A DNA stretch of 64,000 nt from Flectonema sp. DT1601 (Eukaryota), in assembly GCA_964019425.1 (NCBI GenBank), contig OZ025789.1, positions 434,001-498,000 of the forward strand. The letters run 5' to 3'. Position numbers and translations under genes: made by a program. This document shows positions 20,401 through 30,800 of this stretch, piece after piece. The notes under the pieces are model-generated. The model was given only the letters and a program-made list of their open reading frames with translations, searched no databases and was not told the origin of the DNA. The number at the start of each line of letters is the position of its first letter. The first letter of the stretch is position 1.

Positions 20401-22826
20401 GTCAATGGATTCTGGTAGCAAAAAATGGCTCTTTATTCCGCGTGGTGTTGCAATGGTTGGCAACAACGAATGGCGAAATGGTATTCACGGGTTTGAACCG
20501 ATCGGGATACAACAGATGGCTGGAAAGACATCTCGACACCACGAGCCACTACATACGTCACAGTGCACTCACGTATGTCGCGTTGGAGTCGTCGGAACGG
20601 GACGCTCAGGCGATGGCGCGGCATGCATCAGGGACGTCAACCCAGTTCTACATACCGCCGGAGACTTGGACCTCGACTCGGAATACGATAAAAGCGGCCG
20701 CACTACTGCAGTGAAAGCTATCCATGACAGACCTTTTTGGGCTTCAAAATTGGAAGCAGGATTCCGCATGTACGACTACGCGGAAGGATGGCTAACGGGG
20801 ATAACTGGAACACGTTGTCCGCGAACATGTTATGACGGAACCATATCTGGAATAAGAATGGAACCGGTAAACATGGAACTGCTAGTGGGAAGCTATCCGA
20901 ACCTGAGAACAAACATGAGATGGATTGCAGATCCGAACTTTGTCATCCAAGTGATTAACAATTCGCCACAAGAAGACGAATCTGGGATAGGCGCAAAGAA
21001 TGTCCAATTAAAACCTCATACCGAACGCATGCTTGAGCTTGGTTTCGCCGAACCATCTCCTAGATCGACGACGAATAGATTCATGCACTCTGCTTTTCTC
21101 ATACCGAAAAGTACACCTGGACAATTACGTTTCATCCTAAATTGTAAGACTATTAATGAGTTAACAGCTTATACCTCGTTACCGCCATGCAGGCTACCGT
21201 CTTACGAAACGATAGTGGAAACCTTGCTACCACGTAGGTACGCTTGCGAGTTTGACTTTACATCGTATTTCTTTCAATTCCCGATTCCTGAAAGAATTAG
21301 ACCGTTGTTCTCTTTTCGAGTAGACAAGAAGATCTACCGGATGACACGTCTACCGATGGGGTACAGAGGTGCACCTCAATTAGCCCAGGCTGTTCTTCTG
21401 AATCTGATCGAAGATGCAATAGATGGGAGGGATGTGTCCGGCATTGGGTGGATTGACAATGCCATCTTTGCGGCGGATGATATACAGGTTCTACAATCGG
21501 TTAGAGATAGATTCCGAACTCTATGTCTGAAATATTCAATTACGATAGGCGCGGTCACAGAACCCAACACATACATAATCACATTAGGAATAGAAGCTGA
21601 CTTGACGAGGAAATGTTGGAAACTAAAGGAAAAATGGGTCAAAGCGGTCGCTGAACCAGGGAAAATGATCTTGGACTCACGCGTGAACCTACGACGTAGT
21701 TACTGGAAGATTTCGGGAATCATTTTGTGGAGACGTCATGCGCTAAGATTACGTCTACACGAGGCGACAGAACTCCTGATGGGAATGTCTGAACTGATGC
21801 AGGAAGGCGACCCGAAATCTAAGGTTTTCTGGAACACAGCAGTAAAAATCTCAGAGGAGTACATGAACTCTCTTAGGCTCGAGTTCAGGGAGCTTGTGAA
21901 GAACGAATGGGTGCGGTGGAATAAGCGTAGCTATGAAACAGAAATGACTTTCGTATCTGATGCAAGTACAAAAGCCTGGGCATTTGTAGTGGGAAACTCT
22001 TATCGGAGAGGACGCTTCCCGCGCGATATAGTGAACATGGGGATTTTCGAAAAGGAATTTTTCGCAGTAGTCAAGGCCATTGAATATGTAGTGACAGAGT
22101 TAAAACTGCAGAGTTGCAGGGTGACGGGACATGTAGACAACAAGGGAGTTATCGGTTCGTTGCACCGTGGCTATTCTCTACAACAAAATGTACAACCCAT
22201 GTTACGGACTATTCATCGACTGTTGGACAGGTCTAGTTCAGTTCTGCACGTCGAGTACGTGGCGAGCGAGGACAATATTGCTGACAAGCACACTAGACTG
22301 GAAGATGAAGCATACTAAGAAATGATACACAAGAAGAACGAACACCGCATCGCATCGGTTTATTATCTCATAAAAGACCGTTATTCTCCCAACTTTGATA
22401 GATACCATATCAAACTAGACACGACGGCCACGAACAATCCACTGGAAAGGGGTCCGGTTTCGTGCACAAACAAAAAATCACAGTGTTATATCATTATTTT
22501 CTGTATAGTTGAAGTTAAAGCCAATTCTTTTTTGCATTTAACAAGTATTGTAAGAACGAAAAAGAATGTTGGCAGCACACGTAAACCTCCTTTAGCTTTA
22601 TCAGTTTAAGTCGGTTCACGGTTTCGTGCACAAACAAAACGGTTTCGTGCACAAACAAAAAATCACAGTGTTATATCATTATTTTCTGTATAGTTGAAGT
22701 TAAAGCCAATTCTTTTTTATCTACTGTTCTGTATATTTGTCTGAGTGGTTGTAATAACACAAATAACAGATCGAAGGACTCATTGAAGAATTCCATCGCC
22801 TTGATCAGGCAATTAGAGAAAGTTAG
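17483..22826 (+). CDS. NIMA-related (NEK) Ser/Thr kinase; exons 17483-18751 and 22770-22826, with the retrotransposon in the intron
   Basis: GQGSFG, AKE, HRDLKTQN, DFG, GTPHYFSPE. Donor GAG|GTATGG at 18752 and acceptor AACAG|ATC at 22769 give in-frame IEGLIEEFHRLDQAIRES*. Confidence 0.85.
18772..18877 (+). repeat. Split direct repeat A1 (106 bp)
   Basis: Identical to A2 at 22534-22639. Confidence 0.95.
18888..19775 (+). CDS. Gag-like ORF1 of the YR retrotransposon with N-terminal PHD-like zinc finger
   Basis: First ORF after A1. CCVFPLCG...CHRCG...CL...WVCPPC. Basic Gly-rich C-terminus with FSGKGAGG twice. Confidence 0.75.
   Translation: MSKVDIPQDFDWSTVEVPEIPEGAHPSATDQCCVFPLCGKIHTDGTNCHRCGEMGETECLKSRLGNDEVTQARWLPEASQEWVCPPCGFVLRNGAPYAMLVPEGRHFNATMPVAETVKELTVVERVTMDPRRVVTWVENLKTPSGLNYVFAGLQQRYGTVNGKAIPETAVEGGGAVSHEMRHLLRMIDGLLPVSNSSGHVRQTLQVAVDRMEDLLFSTRNRKMTGAYEGYLKTYGYGEYTERLIGLAMKETMRTALPGQTHEGDQMSGGDRKRHFSGKGAGGNFSGKGAGGKRKY
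19772..22318 (+). CDS. Reverse transcriptase-RNase H (ORF3); frame open from 19703 and overlapping the whole YR ORF; true start uncertain
   Basis: RT: FLIPK...LRFILNCKTIN, FDFTSYFFQF, RLPMG, WIDN, LGI. RNase H: SDAS, EFFAV, VDN, NIADKHTR. Confidence 0.9.
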   Translation: MNGGKTTRCVGACSGRDARQKADRKTAEKITCHSELGETRGTRESAGPDTDRLFRRIDTSIDKIGNAKLDPLRCNHMCDKTGYAADAEFPPVATGKDQLGRVATTVGEPILGKFSLGCNSAHSCIPEGHDKVNRRKSAKGGNADENTHQGRDHGSNPSTGRDVCSGVGHTMVSGGEIYRPDATEETGHPGSQERLPNWLGRGEDRQNETRSMDSGSKKWLFIPRGVAMVGNNEWRNGIHGFEPIGIQQMAGKTSRHHEPLHTSQCTHVCRVGVVGTGRSGDGAACIRDVNPVLHTAGDLDLDSEYDKSGRTTAVKAIHDRPFWASKLEAGFRMYDYAEGWLTGITGTRCPRTCYDGTISGIRMEPVNMELLVGSYPNLRTNMRWIADPNFVIQVINNSPQEDESGIGAKNVQLKPHTERMLELGFAEPSPRSTTNRFMHSAFLIPKSTPGQLRFILNCKTINELTAYTSLPPCRLPSYETIVETLLPRRYACEFDFTSYFFQFPIPERIRPLFSFRVDKKIYRMTRLPMGYRGAPQLAQAVLLNLIEDAIDGRDVSGIGWIDNAIFAADDIQVLQSVRDRFRTLCLKYSITIGAVTEPNTYIITLGIEADLTRKCWKLKEKWVKAVAEPGKMILDSRVNLRRSYWKISGIILWRRHALRLRLHEATELLMGMSELMQEGDPKSKVFWNTAVKISEEYMNSLRLEFRELVKNEWVRWNKRSYETEMTFVSDASTKAWAFVVGNSYRRGRFPRDIVNMGIFEKEFFAVVKAIEYVVTELKLQSCRVTGHVDNKGVIGSLHRGYSLQQNVQPMLRTIHRLLDRSSSVLHVEYVASEDNIADKHTRLEDEAY
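19776..20714 (+). CDS. Tyrosine recombinase (ORF2)
   Basis: Catalytic set R (AARFIDL), K (GKT), HxxR (SHYIRHS), H (ARHASG), Y (QFY). Confidence 0.9.
   Translation: MEEKPHDVWGPVPEGTQGKKRIGRPPKKSLAIVNSEKLEELESQLDLTLTGCFAESTQASIRSVMRNWIPFDATICAIKPDMPPTRSFLLWLQAKINLGELQPQSANQYLASFRSAAIPPTAAFRKAMTRSTDENQRREGMLTKIRTKEEITEVIRRQEGMYVAVLATQWSLAARFIDLMLLRRRDIREVRNGYLIGLVGGKTDKTRRGQWILVAKNGSLFRVVLQWLATTNGEMVFTGLNRSGYNRWLERHLDTTSHYIRHSALTYVALESSERDAQAMARHASGTSTQFYIPPETWTSTRNTIKAAALLQ
22455..22718 (+). repeat. Split direct repeats B1-A2-B2
   Basis: B1 (22455-22533) equals B2 (22640-22718), 79 bp. A2 (22534-22639) equals A1. Confidence 0.95.
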
Positions 22827-22884
22827 TAGCCGTTGCCAAAATGCATCCTATCAAAGACACTGAAGTGGGGGCCTTTCCCGCGAC

Positions 22885-22923
<39 letters not shown>

Positions 22924-23927
22924 TTCAACAATTCATAACTTACTGCACGATAATAATTATTTTGCTTATTATCGAAAGCCTCCTCTCCAATGAGAATAAA
23001 ATAATTCTTTTTTTTTTTCTTTTTTTTTTTTTTGTCTTTTTTTTACCTACAAACATATTATTCAGTTGAATGATACTCGTAGACATTCCTTTATTAGGAT
23101 TTTTGTATAAAATAAAAACAAGAGTGTGAGCAAGAATGGAAAAAAAAAAAAAAAAAAAATAGAAGTAGGTTGTGGATTTTCCTCGTTAACCATTAATCTG
23201 GTTACTTGAGTTCTACACGCGTTTTACGAATAGTTTTTCAAAAAAAAAAAAAAAAAAAAGCAAAAACAAGAGAAAAGATAAAAAAAAAACGGAACGGAGA
23301 GAGAGAATGATTATTTTTTTTATTGGTTCAATTTTCATTTTCATTTTCGTTTTCTTCCTACTTTTTTCCTTCACCTTTCTAAGACTCATTTACTTTGCTT
23401 GAGCACACGCGATTTATAACATCTTTCTGTACGAACAAAAAAAAAAAAAAGAAATAAATAAATAGGCTTTAACCGACTAAACAGAAAACCATGATAATAA
23501 TAAAAAGGAAAAAAAAAAAAAGAAGAAAAAAAAAAGGACAGACAAACTCCTGTAAAGGATTGAATTTCTGTTTTAAGAATAAAAAAAGATAAAAAATTAT
23601 TACTTTTTTTTATTGCAAGCCGATGGAGATTCTGCCTAACTTTACACATATAGGTTGATCTCGTAAGCGTCTTCCGCTCCATGTCACTCCCATTTTGGTT
23701 TGTTAAGTCAACGAAAGACTGTTTATTCTTATTTGTTGAGATAATTTTAAAAAAAAAAAAAAAAAAAAGGGAGGGAGGGAGAGAATTATTTTTTAAACAG
23801 TTAACCCTTCCCACCATACTGCGATTAACTGCTATCAAGACAAGGAAATTCGAATAATCGTTTACTCTTGCTTTCCTTATTTATGTTTATTATTATTATT
23901 TTTAAAGATAACAACCAGTCACTACCA

Positions 23928-26054
23928 ATGAGCAAGGCAAGCGTGTTTGACAATGCCAGTCCGGACGAGTCGCCGTTTCCAAAGTTAAAACCTGTTGGGA
24001 AAAAAAGCATTACAAGTTCAGATGCGGGTGACGGTAAAGCTAAAGATATGGATTCAAGAAAAGGTTCAACAACATTGAAATCGGGGATGTTTGGAGAGTC
24101 AAAAACTTCAAAGCCTCCAACTCAAATGAAAAAACCAACTGAATCTCCAGCTTCTGGACTCCTCCCTGGTGGAAAACAAGTACCATCTTCACCTCTGACA
24201 CCTGCACCAGTTAGACGAATAATACCAGAATTGAAGGGGGCTCGTGAGGAAACAGATGTTTTACCACCTGAAGAGAGATTAAAGATGCACAGAGAATCAA
24301 TCGCAAACATGACTGAAGCTCCTCAAAGAATTGTACCTCAGTTAAAAGGAGAGAATGATGATCCTGATATCCTTCCTCCAGAGGAAAGGCGTAGACTGGC
24401 TAGTATTCGCATGGCTGAGAGTAGTGGTGGAGGTGAGCGAGTCATTCCAAAGTTAGTCAGCGACAAGGATGATTTATCAATATTACCACCAGAAGAACGT
24501 CGTCGACTCGCAAGAGAGCAAGCTCAAATTCAAGATACTAGATCCCGTCAAGGAAGTATGATATCACAGGTATCAAAGCATTCTTCTGTAGGAGTTCCTT
24601 CTGCTGCAAGCAAACACAGTAGTAAGGCAGGCACCCCAATTCCAACACCTGTACAAATGCCACTAAGGTCACCAGCAATGTCAGTCAAATCACCGTTAGA
24701 ACCGAGAACTCCTTTATTCTCTTCTGGTCCTACTGAATGTGAAAACTGTGCAACCAGACAACACCGAATCGATGATTTAGAAGGTCGAAACTACAATTTA
24801 GAGAGAGAGGTTCAAACTAGCGAAGAGAAGATTGCGTCTCTGACAAAAAAGGTTACCGCTGAGAAGGAATCTGCTGCAAAGGATAAGAAGAAATCGAAAG
24901 ACGAGTTGGCAAGGAAAGATAAAAAGATTAAAACTCTTGAGCAGGACTTAAGGGACGCACAACGTCACGCAGCAAGAAGAGGAAGTGAAAGTTCAGCAGG
25001 TGGACAGATGGCTGAATTATTATCCCACAGAGATGCGACTATCGCAGAACTCCAGAGACAGATTGACGCTCAACAATTACAAATCGATTCAATGGATACT
25101 GTTGATGACTCACAGGCTCTGTCGGAAGTAGGTTCTGTCGAAGATGAAGTCGCCACACTAAACAGTCAGATCTGGGCCTTAGAAACAGCCTGTGAGTTCC
25201 GAATGCGTGAAATCACTCGTCTGAACGAAAACATGCAGGACTTCGTCTCTCGTGTTGAAAAGCTGGACAAAGAACTTGCCGAAGCCATGCGTCAGATTCT
25301 GGAAAAAGGCCACTCAACACAAAGAGAAGAAGAACAGGCTGTATTTGGTGGCCCCATTGAGGACGTTGTGACCGACTTTAAACAAAAACGTGCGGAAACG
25401 AAAACAAAGAAACGTCGCAGACCAAGAAAAGGTGCGCTCTCTCGTGAAAATGCCGAGCTACGTGACGAGTTGGCCTCTCTTCGTGAAGAGATGTCAACAA
25501 TGAGAACTGCGATGGCATCTAAGAATCCGCAGCTGTTTGTTCAGTCGATGGCCAGACTAGGCGGTACTGCAGGAGGACATGTGGCAGGTGCTTCACAGAA
25601 GAATTGTTGTTTTACTGCGGCATTTATTGCTGCTGGTCAAGCTGAGGCTCAAATTGAAACCCTCAAAGGTCACTACAAGAGTGAACAAGATCGCTGTTCT
25701 CAACTCGAATCAATGCTTGATAAGGCTCGCAGTGCTATTGTTTCTTCAGCTGGTGTTGGTTATGAGAATGAAATTAAATTACAACAAGCGAAACGAGCAC
25801 TTCAGTGCATTATTGACACTCCTGAAGATCCACAAAAATCAATTGCAGCCGTTCCAACAGGAGCAGCCGCATTAGTGAACATGCCTTCGACTGTTCAAAT
25901 TGCTCACATGGCTTCGAATCATTCTTCTGTTTTTGAACGTCGCGAGAAATCTAATTGTATTCATGTCAGAAGCATATCTCCAGTAAGAAACGCTGCTTGG
26001 ATTACAGCGCCTCCAAGACCAAGCACTGCTATATGGGAAACTAGGATTGGATAA
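23928..26054 (+). CDS. Hypothetical coiled-coil protein with three RxxPxL...LPPEER repeats
   Basis: Long ORF with ATG at 23928, disordered N-terminal half and coiled-coil C-terminal half. Confidence 0.75.
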   Translation: MSKASVFDNASPDESPFPKLKPVGKKSITSSDAGDGKAKDMDSRKGSTTLKSGMFGESKTSKPPTQMKKPTESPASGLLPGGKQVPSSPLTPAPVRRIIPELKGAREETDVLPPEERLKMHRESIANMTEAPQRIVPQLKGENDDPDILPPEERRRLASIRMAESSGGGERVIPKLVSDKDDLSILPPEERRRLAREQAQIQDTRSRQGSMISQVSKHSSVGVPSAASKHSSKAGTPIPTPVQMPLRSPAMSVKSPLEPRTPLFSSGPTECENCATRQHRIDDLEGRNYNLEREVQTSEEKIASLTKKVTAEKESAAKDKKKSKDELARKDKKIKTLEQDLRDAQRHAARRGSESSAGGQMAELLSHRDATIAELQRQIDAQQLQIDSMDTVDDSQALSEVGSVEDEVATLNSQIWALETACEFRMREITRLNENMQDFVSRVEKLDKELAEAMRQILEKGHSTQREEEQAVFGGPIEDVVTDFKQKRAETKTKKRRRPRKGALSRENAELRDELASLREEMSTMRTAMASKNPQLFVQSMARLGGTAGGHVAGASQKNCCFTAAFIAAGQAEAQIETLKGHYKSEQDRCSQLESMLDKARSAIVSSAGVGYENEIKLQQAKRALQCIIDTPEDPQKSIAAVPTGAAALVNMPSTVQIAHMASNHSSVFERREKSNCIHVRSISPVRNAAWITAPPRPSTAIWETRIG

Positions 26055-27857
26055 GAATCGTTTCTTACAAACAGAGAACAAAAAAAAAACAAAAACAAAA
26101 TAATAAATATGATAAAGCAAAGGAAACCATACTTCTGGAGGGGAGAAATACGTCTGTGGGGAAAAGTTCTTACGTCAAAAAAAAAAAACTTTCCTCCGTC
26201 GGAATATGAGTTCCTTTTATTTCTTGTATAAGCAGTGCCTGTGTTAAATATTAAAGAACTTGAGAGTCGCATCACTGTCTATTAGGTGTGACGCTCGCCT
26301 ATTTTCCCTCCCACTTTTTTCATTTTTTTTTGAATCACGTCTTGTTTTTCTCTTCTTCTAACTAACTAACTTTGCTAACTAAACTTCTACTAGAACGAAG
26401 ATGGTTTTCGACTGGGATTTTTTCAAACAAAACCAAGTCCATAACCATGGAAATAAATATACGCCTGTTAAACTGGTAACCTTGTTTCTTTTCTCCCTTT
26501 CTTTTTTGGAAGTTGTTACTCACAACTCTATTAGGTGCCTTCTTTCAAAAACTCAAAAATTGTATTCGGTTTCGTTTTTTTTTTTTCCCTCCCAGTTTGG
26601 ATACTGTTTTCAAGTTTTCAGGCTGCAAACTCCTTTTCTTTCTTTATTTTGGTTCCTCCAAGCCGACTGGACAATAGTAAACTTTCATTCATGTTTCTTG
26701 AAAAGTAGCTATGTGTCGAGTCGCTTAGCACACTACGTTTGGTGTAGACGTGCCTTAGGTTCGACTGTGGTGATGAATTGTGTAAGCCACCTGCAAATGG
26801 CTTGACCTCCTTTGATTCAACCACAGTTGATTTATTCATCTTAAAGACATGTTTTATGAGCCAAAGAGAATTACGGCAGCGTACCATTAACAGCACACAA
26901 ACAAAAACAAGGTGTAAACATTATCTGAGTGAGGTGCCGATTCTTATTTTATTTATTTATTTTTTTTTTGTCTCTCTCTTCCTTCAATTAATCAAAAGCA
27001 ACAAGAAAAAAAAAAAAAAAAAGAATGTATCCAAGCCTTCCTTTCTCTACTTGTAGTTCTTCCTCCAAACGGAAGAAGAAAAAAATAATAAACAAAATCA
27101 TCAAAAGTGGTCAACTACGTTATTGTTTCAGCAAGAAAAAAAAAAAGAAGAAAATCTGTCAAAGCATGAAACGTTCTTGTACAGTTCCTTAATTGGGAAT
27201 GTATTTGAGGTTCGGTGTGTCGATCAGATATTTTATTTTTTTATTTGGAAAATAAACGTGTCAAAATCCCTTCCTGGAGTTTTGTTCATACCCCCCGCGA
27301 ATGCGGGTTGATAATTGAAGTTACTGTGAACAATTTCGCATGACAAAGACGCATGCATCACCCTAAAATGGTAACCCTGCGTTTCATTGTGATTGGAAGT
27401 AGTACCTACACAATACGTTAGTAAGTTGCCCTCTTGTAGGTTGTTCTTTCCTTGTATTCGATTTTAGTTATTTCTTGTTGAAAGTCAAGTTATTGATTCC
27501 ATGCATCTCATCCTTTATAGAATATCCTCTGGTAGTAGATTTACCTTCCTGCGTTAAATATGCGCGGTGTACTCCCTTTGTTTTTTTTTTTTTTTTTTTT
27601 TCCCCCCTACCTCCACTCAAAAAATAAATAAAACCCCCCTTCGAATCTAAGAATTGTATTTTCCCTCCTCTCAAAAGTAGTAGTATGGTGATAGCACAAT
27701 GAAAAAATCTATTTTTTTTTTTTTAAAATTAAAATTCAAGGACGGATATGTAACTCTCTGCCTCAGGAGACGGGAATCGTTGTTTTTTATTTTAATTTGA
27801 CAACACTTGCGGTCTAACTTAAACACCGTTCATTCCTATAATATAATCAGGTCTAAC

Positions 27858-30800
27858 ATGGCTGATATGGAGCCTACAAAGGCTGAAAGTATAGACCGAG
27901 AGAGCAGCGTCGCCGATGACGATGAAGGTACTGTCGCAATGCGTCAATGCATTACTAGACTGTCATCGGAATGTGCTCAGTTGAGAGGTGAGAATGAGAA
28001 ATTAACATTGCAATTGAAAAGGATAAGTGGAGGAACTGAAATAGAAGAATTGGAATCACTTGAAGTGCTAAAAGAAGCAAAAGCAGCAACGGATGCGAGA
28101 GTCCAAGAGTTACAAGTACGACTAGACAGAACTTCTCAAAGAAGCGCGGATCTAGAATCTGACTTGAAAGCACATGTTCAACGAAACCAAAAACTAGCAA
28201 CAGAGAACCAGCAATACCTCGCTGAGTCTCAAGAAGTTTCACAAAATTCACGAAACACGTCGTCGTTAGTAGAAACTTTAACCAACAGAAATAATGACTT
28301 AGAACGTGATGGGAAGGAATTATCAACAGCCAATGTCAATATAACTGAACAAGTCAAACGTCTTCAAAAAATCCTCGACGAAAAAGTAAGAGAATCGGCA
28401 ACGGCAATAGTAGAGTTACGTAAGGAACGAGACTTCTTAAAAGAAGACAACAGCGAATTAAAATCTAAATCCACTTCATTGGCTGATAAACTCCGACAAG
28501 CCCAAGAAGACATTGAAACGGACGATGACCACATGCAACTTGAACTCGAAAAATTAAAAACTCAACTTCAAGTTTGTAAAGAAGAGCTCCAACGTTCTGA
28601 GGAACAAGTCAAAGATAACCTCAAACACAATGAAAATCAAAATCAAGAATTTTTAGTAATGAAAAATGTAATAAGTGACTACAAAAATTCAATAGATAAT
28701 TTAAATAACAGCACAGCTGATGCGAGCAAACAAGCAAACGATGAAATTGAAAACCTAACCACAGCGAGGAATACTTCTGAAGCTGAGGTTGTTAGATTGA
28801 AATTACAATTGAATTCTTTACATCCTTTAATAAAAGCAGATGGAAGCGACGTACCTCCAGGGTCGTTTAGTTTCAGTGATGTGATTGATGTTCAAAAAGA
28901 ACTTGTTGAGACTAAATCAAAACTTCAACAAATTCAACAATTCTACAAAAGAACTGTCGAATCAAAAGACTCAACCGATTTAGAAATCAACCAGCTTCGG
29001 TCTAGAATGGAACGACTATCCAGTGAAGTAATTGAGGGCCGTGCTGCTATCTCCCTTCTAACAACAGAACGTGATAATGCTGTCAATTGGTGTGATAAAA
29101 ATAAAATAATAATCGAAAAATCAGAAGGACTTTCAAAAACAAACGAAGTATTATGTTATCAGCTACAAGTTTTATTACACGAAGTTGACAACGAGGTCGA
29201 TGTAAGCGTACTAGACAGCCTTCAACAGCGTAACGTTGAACTAGAATCGACAATTTATACTGTAGAACAAGAACGTGATGTTGTTGAGAATAAAGTTCGT
29301 AGTGAACTTGAAAGTTTATACAGCAAGGAAGTCGCTGAATTCAATACTCATATTAACAACCTCCAAAACAGCTTAGCAATTGCTAACGAAAGGAGATGTT
29401 CAGCAGAAGAACAATCAAAACGACTTGTTGAGACGTTAGAATCGTGTAACGGTCATCGACAACTTCTTGTCAGCTCTGAAGATTCTCAGTCTGCAATGCC
29501 ACAAACAAACAGTGAATCCAGATTGGATTCCAATGAAGCTGGTGGAGCAACTGCTGGTGAAAAACAACTCCTCCTCGATGACATTGCTGAACGTACTGAA
29601 CAGATTGAAAGTTTAAAAGAAGAATTGTTAGAACTCCGAAGGCAGTGCGACACTATAGAAGCCGCAAGACAACATATTCAGGTTCTACACAGGTCTGCTG
29701 AATCAAATTGCAAGCACATCGAAATTGAAAAAAATATTTACAAAGATCAGTCTAATGAAGCTTCTCGACACAATGATGAAGTAATCGCTTTGTTGACTCA
29801 AGTTCAATCCCGACTCAAAACATCTGAACTCGATAGAACTTCCCTAGATGTACAGCTGAAGACTTGCAAGGAAGAAATCTCCCGACTAAGAACAGCTAAT
29901 GAAAACCTTTCAAAAAGTAGTACTAAAATGTCGGACATTGTAACAAAGGTTGATGGCGTAAGAACTTTTATTTCTGATCACAATGCGACGATTGAACTTG
30001 AATTAAAGAAACAGCGTGACGAAGCTCGCCAAACTCTCTCTCAAAAAGAAGCAGAGTTACAGTCTTTGTCAAACAATCTTCGGGAACAGCGTACCAAGTA
30101 CGACCAAGAGACTATGGAAATAACTGCAGAACTAGCAACAACTAAGAAACAGCTCACTGATTTGAAATCAATCGTCGATACTGAAAAAGAACAACACCGA
30201 TTGCAATTACTGCGAAACAAGGAATTGGCAACGGAACTTGAGCGTTATGAGAGTGAAAGAAAACTTTTAAAACAATCTGATGTTGAAGGTGGTGCTGACT
30301 ACTTACAGCTTCGTAGTAATGACGCAAGGCTTCATGAATTACAAATATCGTTGGATTCGGAGAAGAGTAAATCTAATTCACTTTCTGCTACTATTGGTAG
30401 TCTTCGTCAAGGAATGAAAACACTGGAGACCATGACATCGACAGCGCAAGCAGAACTCTCCGACAAGACATCACAAATAACAAAATGGAAGGATATCGCG
30501 GAATCTGCAGTCAAAGAACGCGACAATCAAAAAAGTTCACTCGAATCGAAAACTAAGGATCTAAATGAAAGAGAAGTCGTTATAGCTAAAAACGAACTGG
30601 AACAGCGAGAACACAATGAAAAGCTTCGCAATACAAACACGAATCTCCAAAAAGAACTCGATGACGGCGAAGCCAACAGAGTTAGTGCTCTTCAAAAATG
30701 CAAAGAAGCAGAAGACATAGCAGAAAAAATGAGAGAAAAATACGAAGAAGCGATCATCAGCAAGGGTGAGCTAACGAAGGCATTACAAAACGCTCAAGAA

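Larger units (their letters stand above)
18772..22718 (+). mobile_element. Tyrosine-recombinase (DIRS-order, VIPER/Ngaro-like) retrotransposon with split direct repeats
   Basis: gag-like, YR and RT-RNaseH ORFs flanked by A1 (18772-18877) and B1-A2-B2 (22455-22533, 22534-22639, 22640-22718). GC-richer than host. A T6 tract occurs at both ends and at the B1/A2 junction. Confidence 0.95.

Noticed and set aside
22322..22609. 95-aa ORF after RT
   Set aside because: Runs through repeats B1/A2 and has no recognisable domain; most likely incidental.
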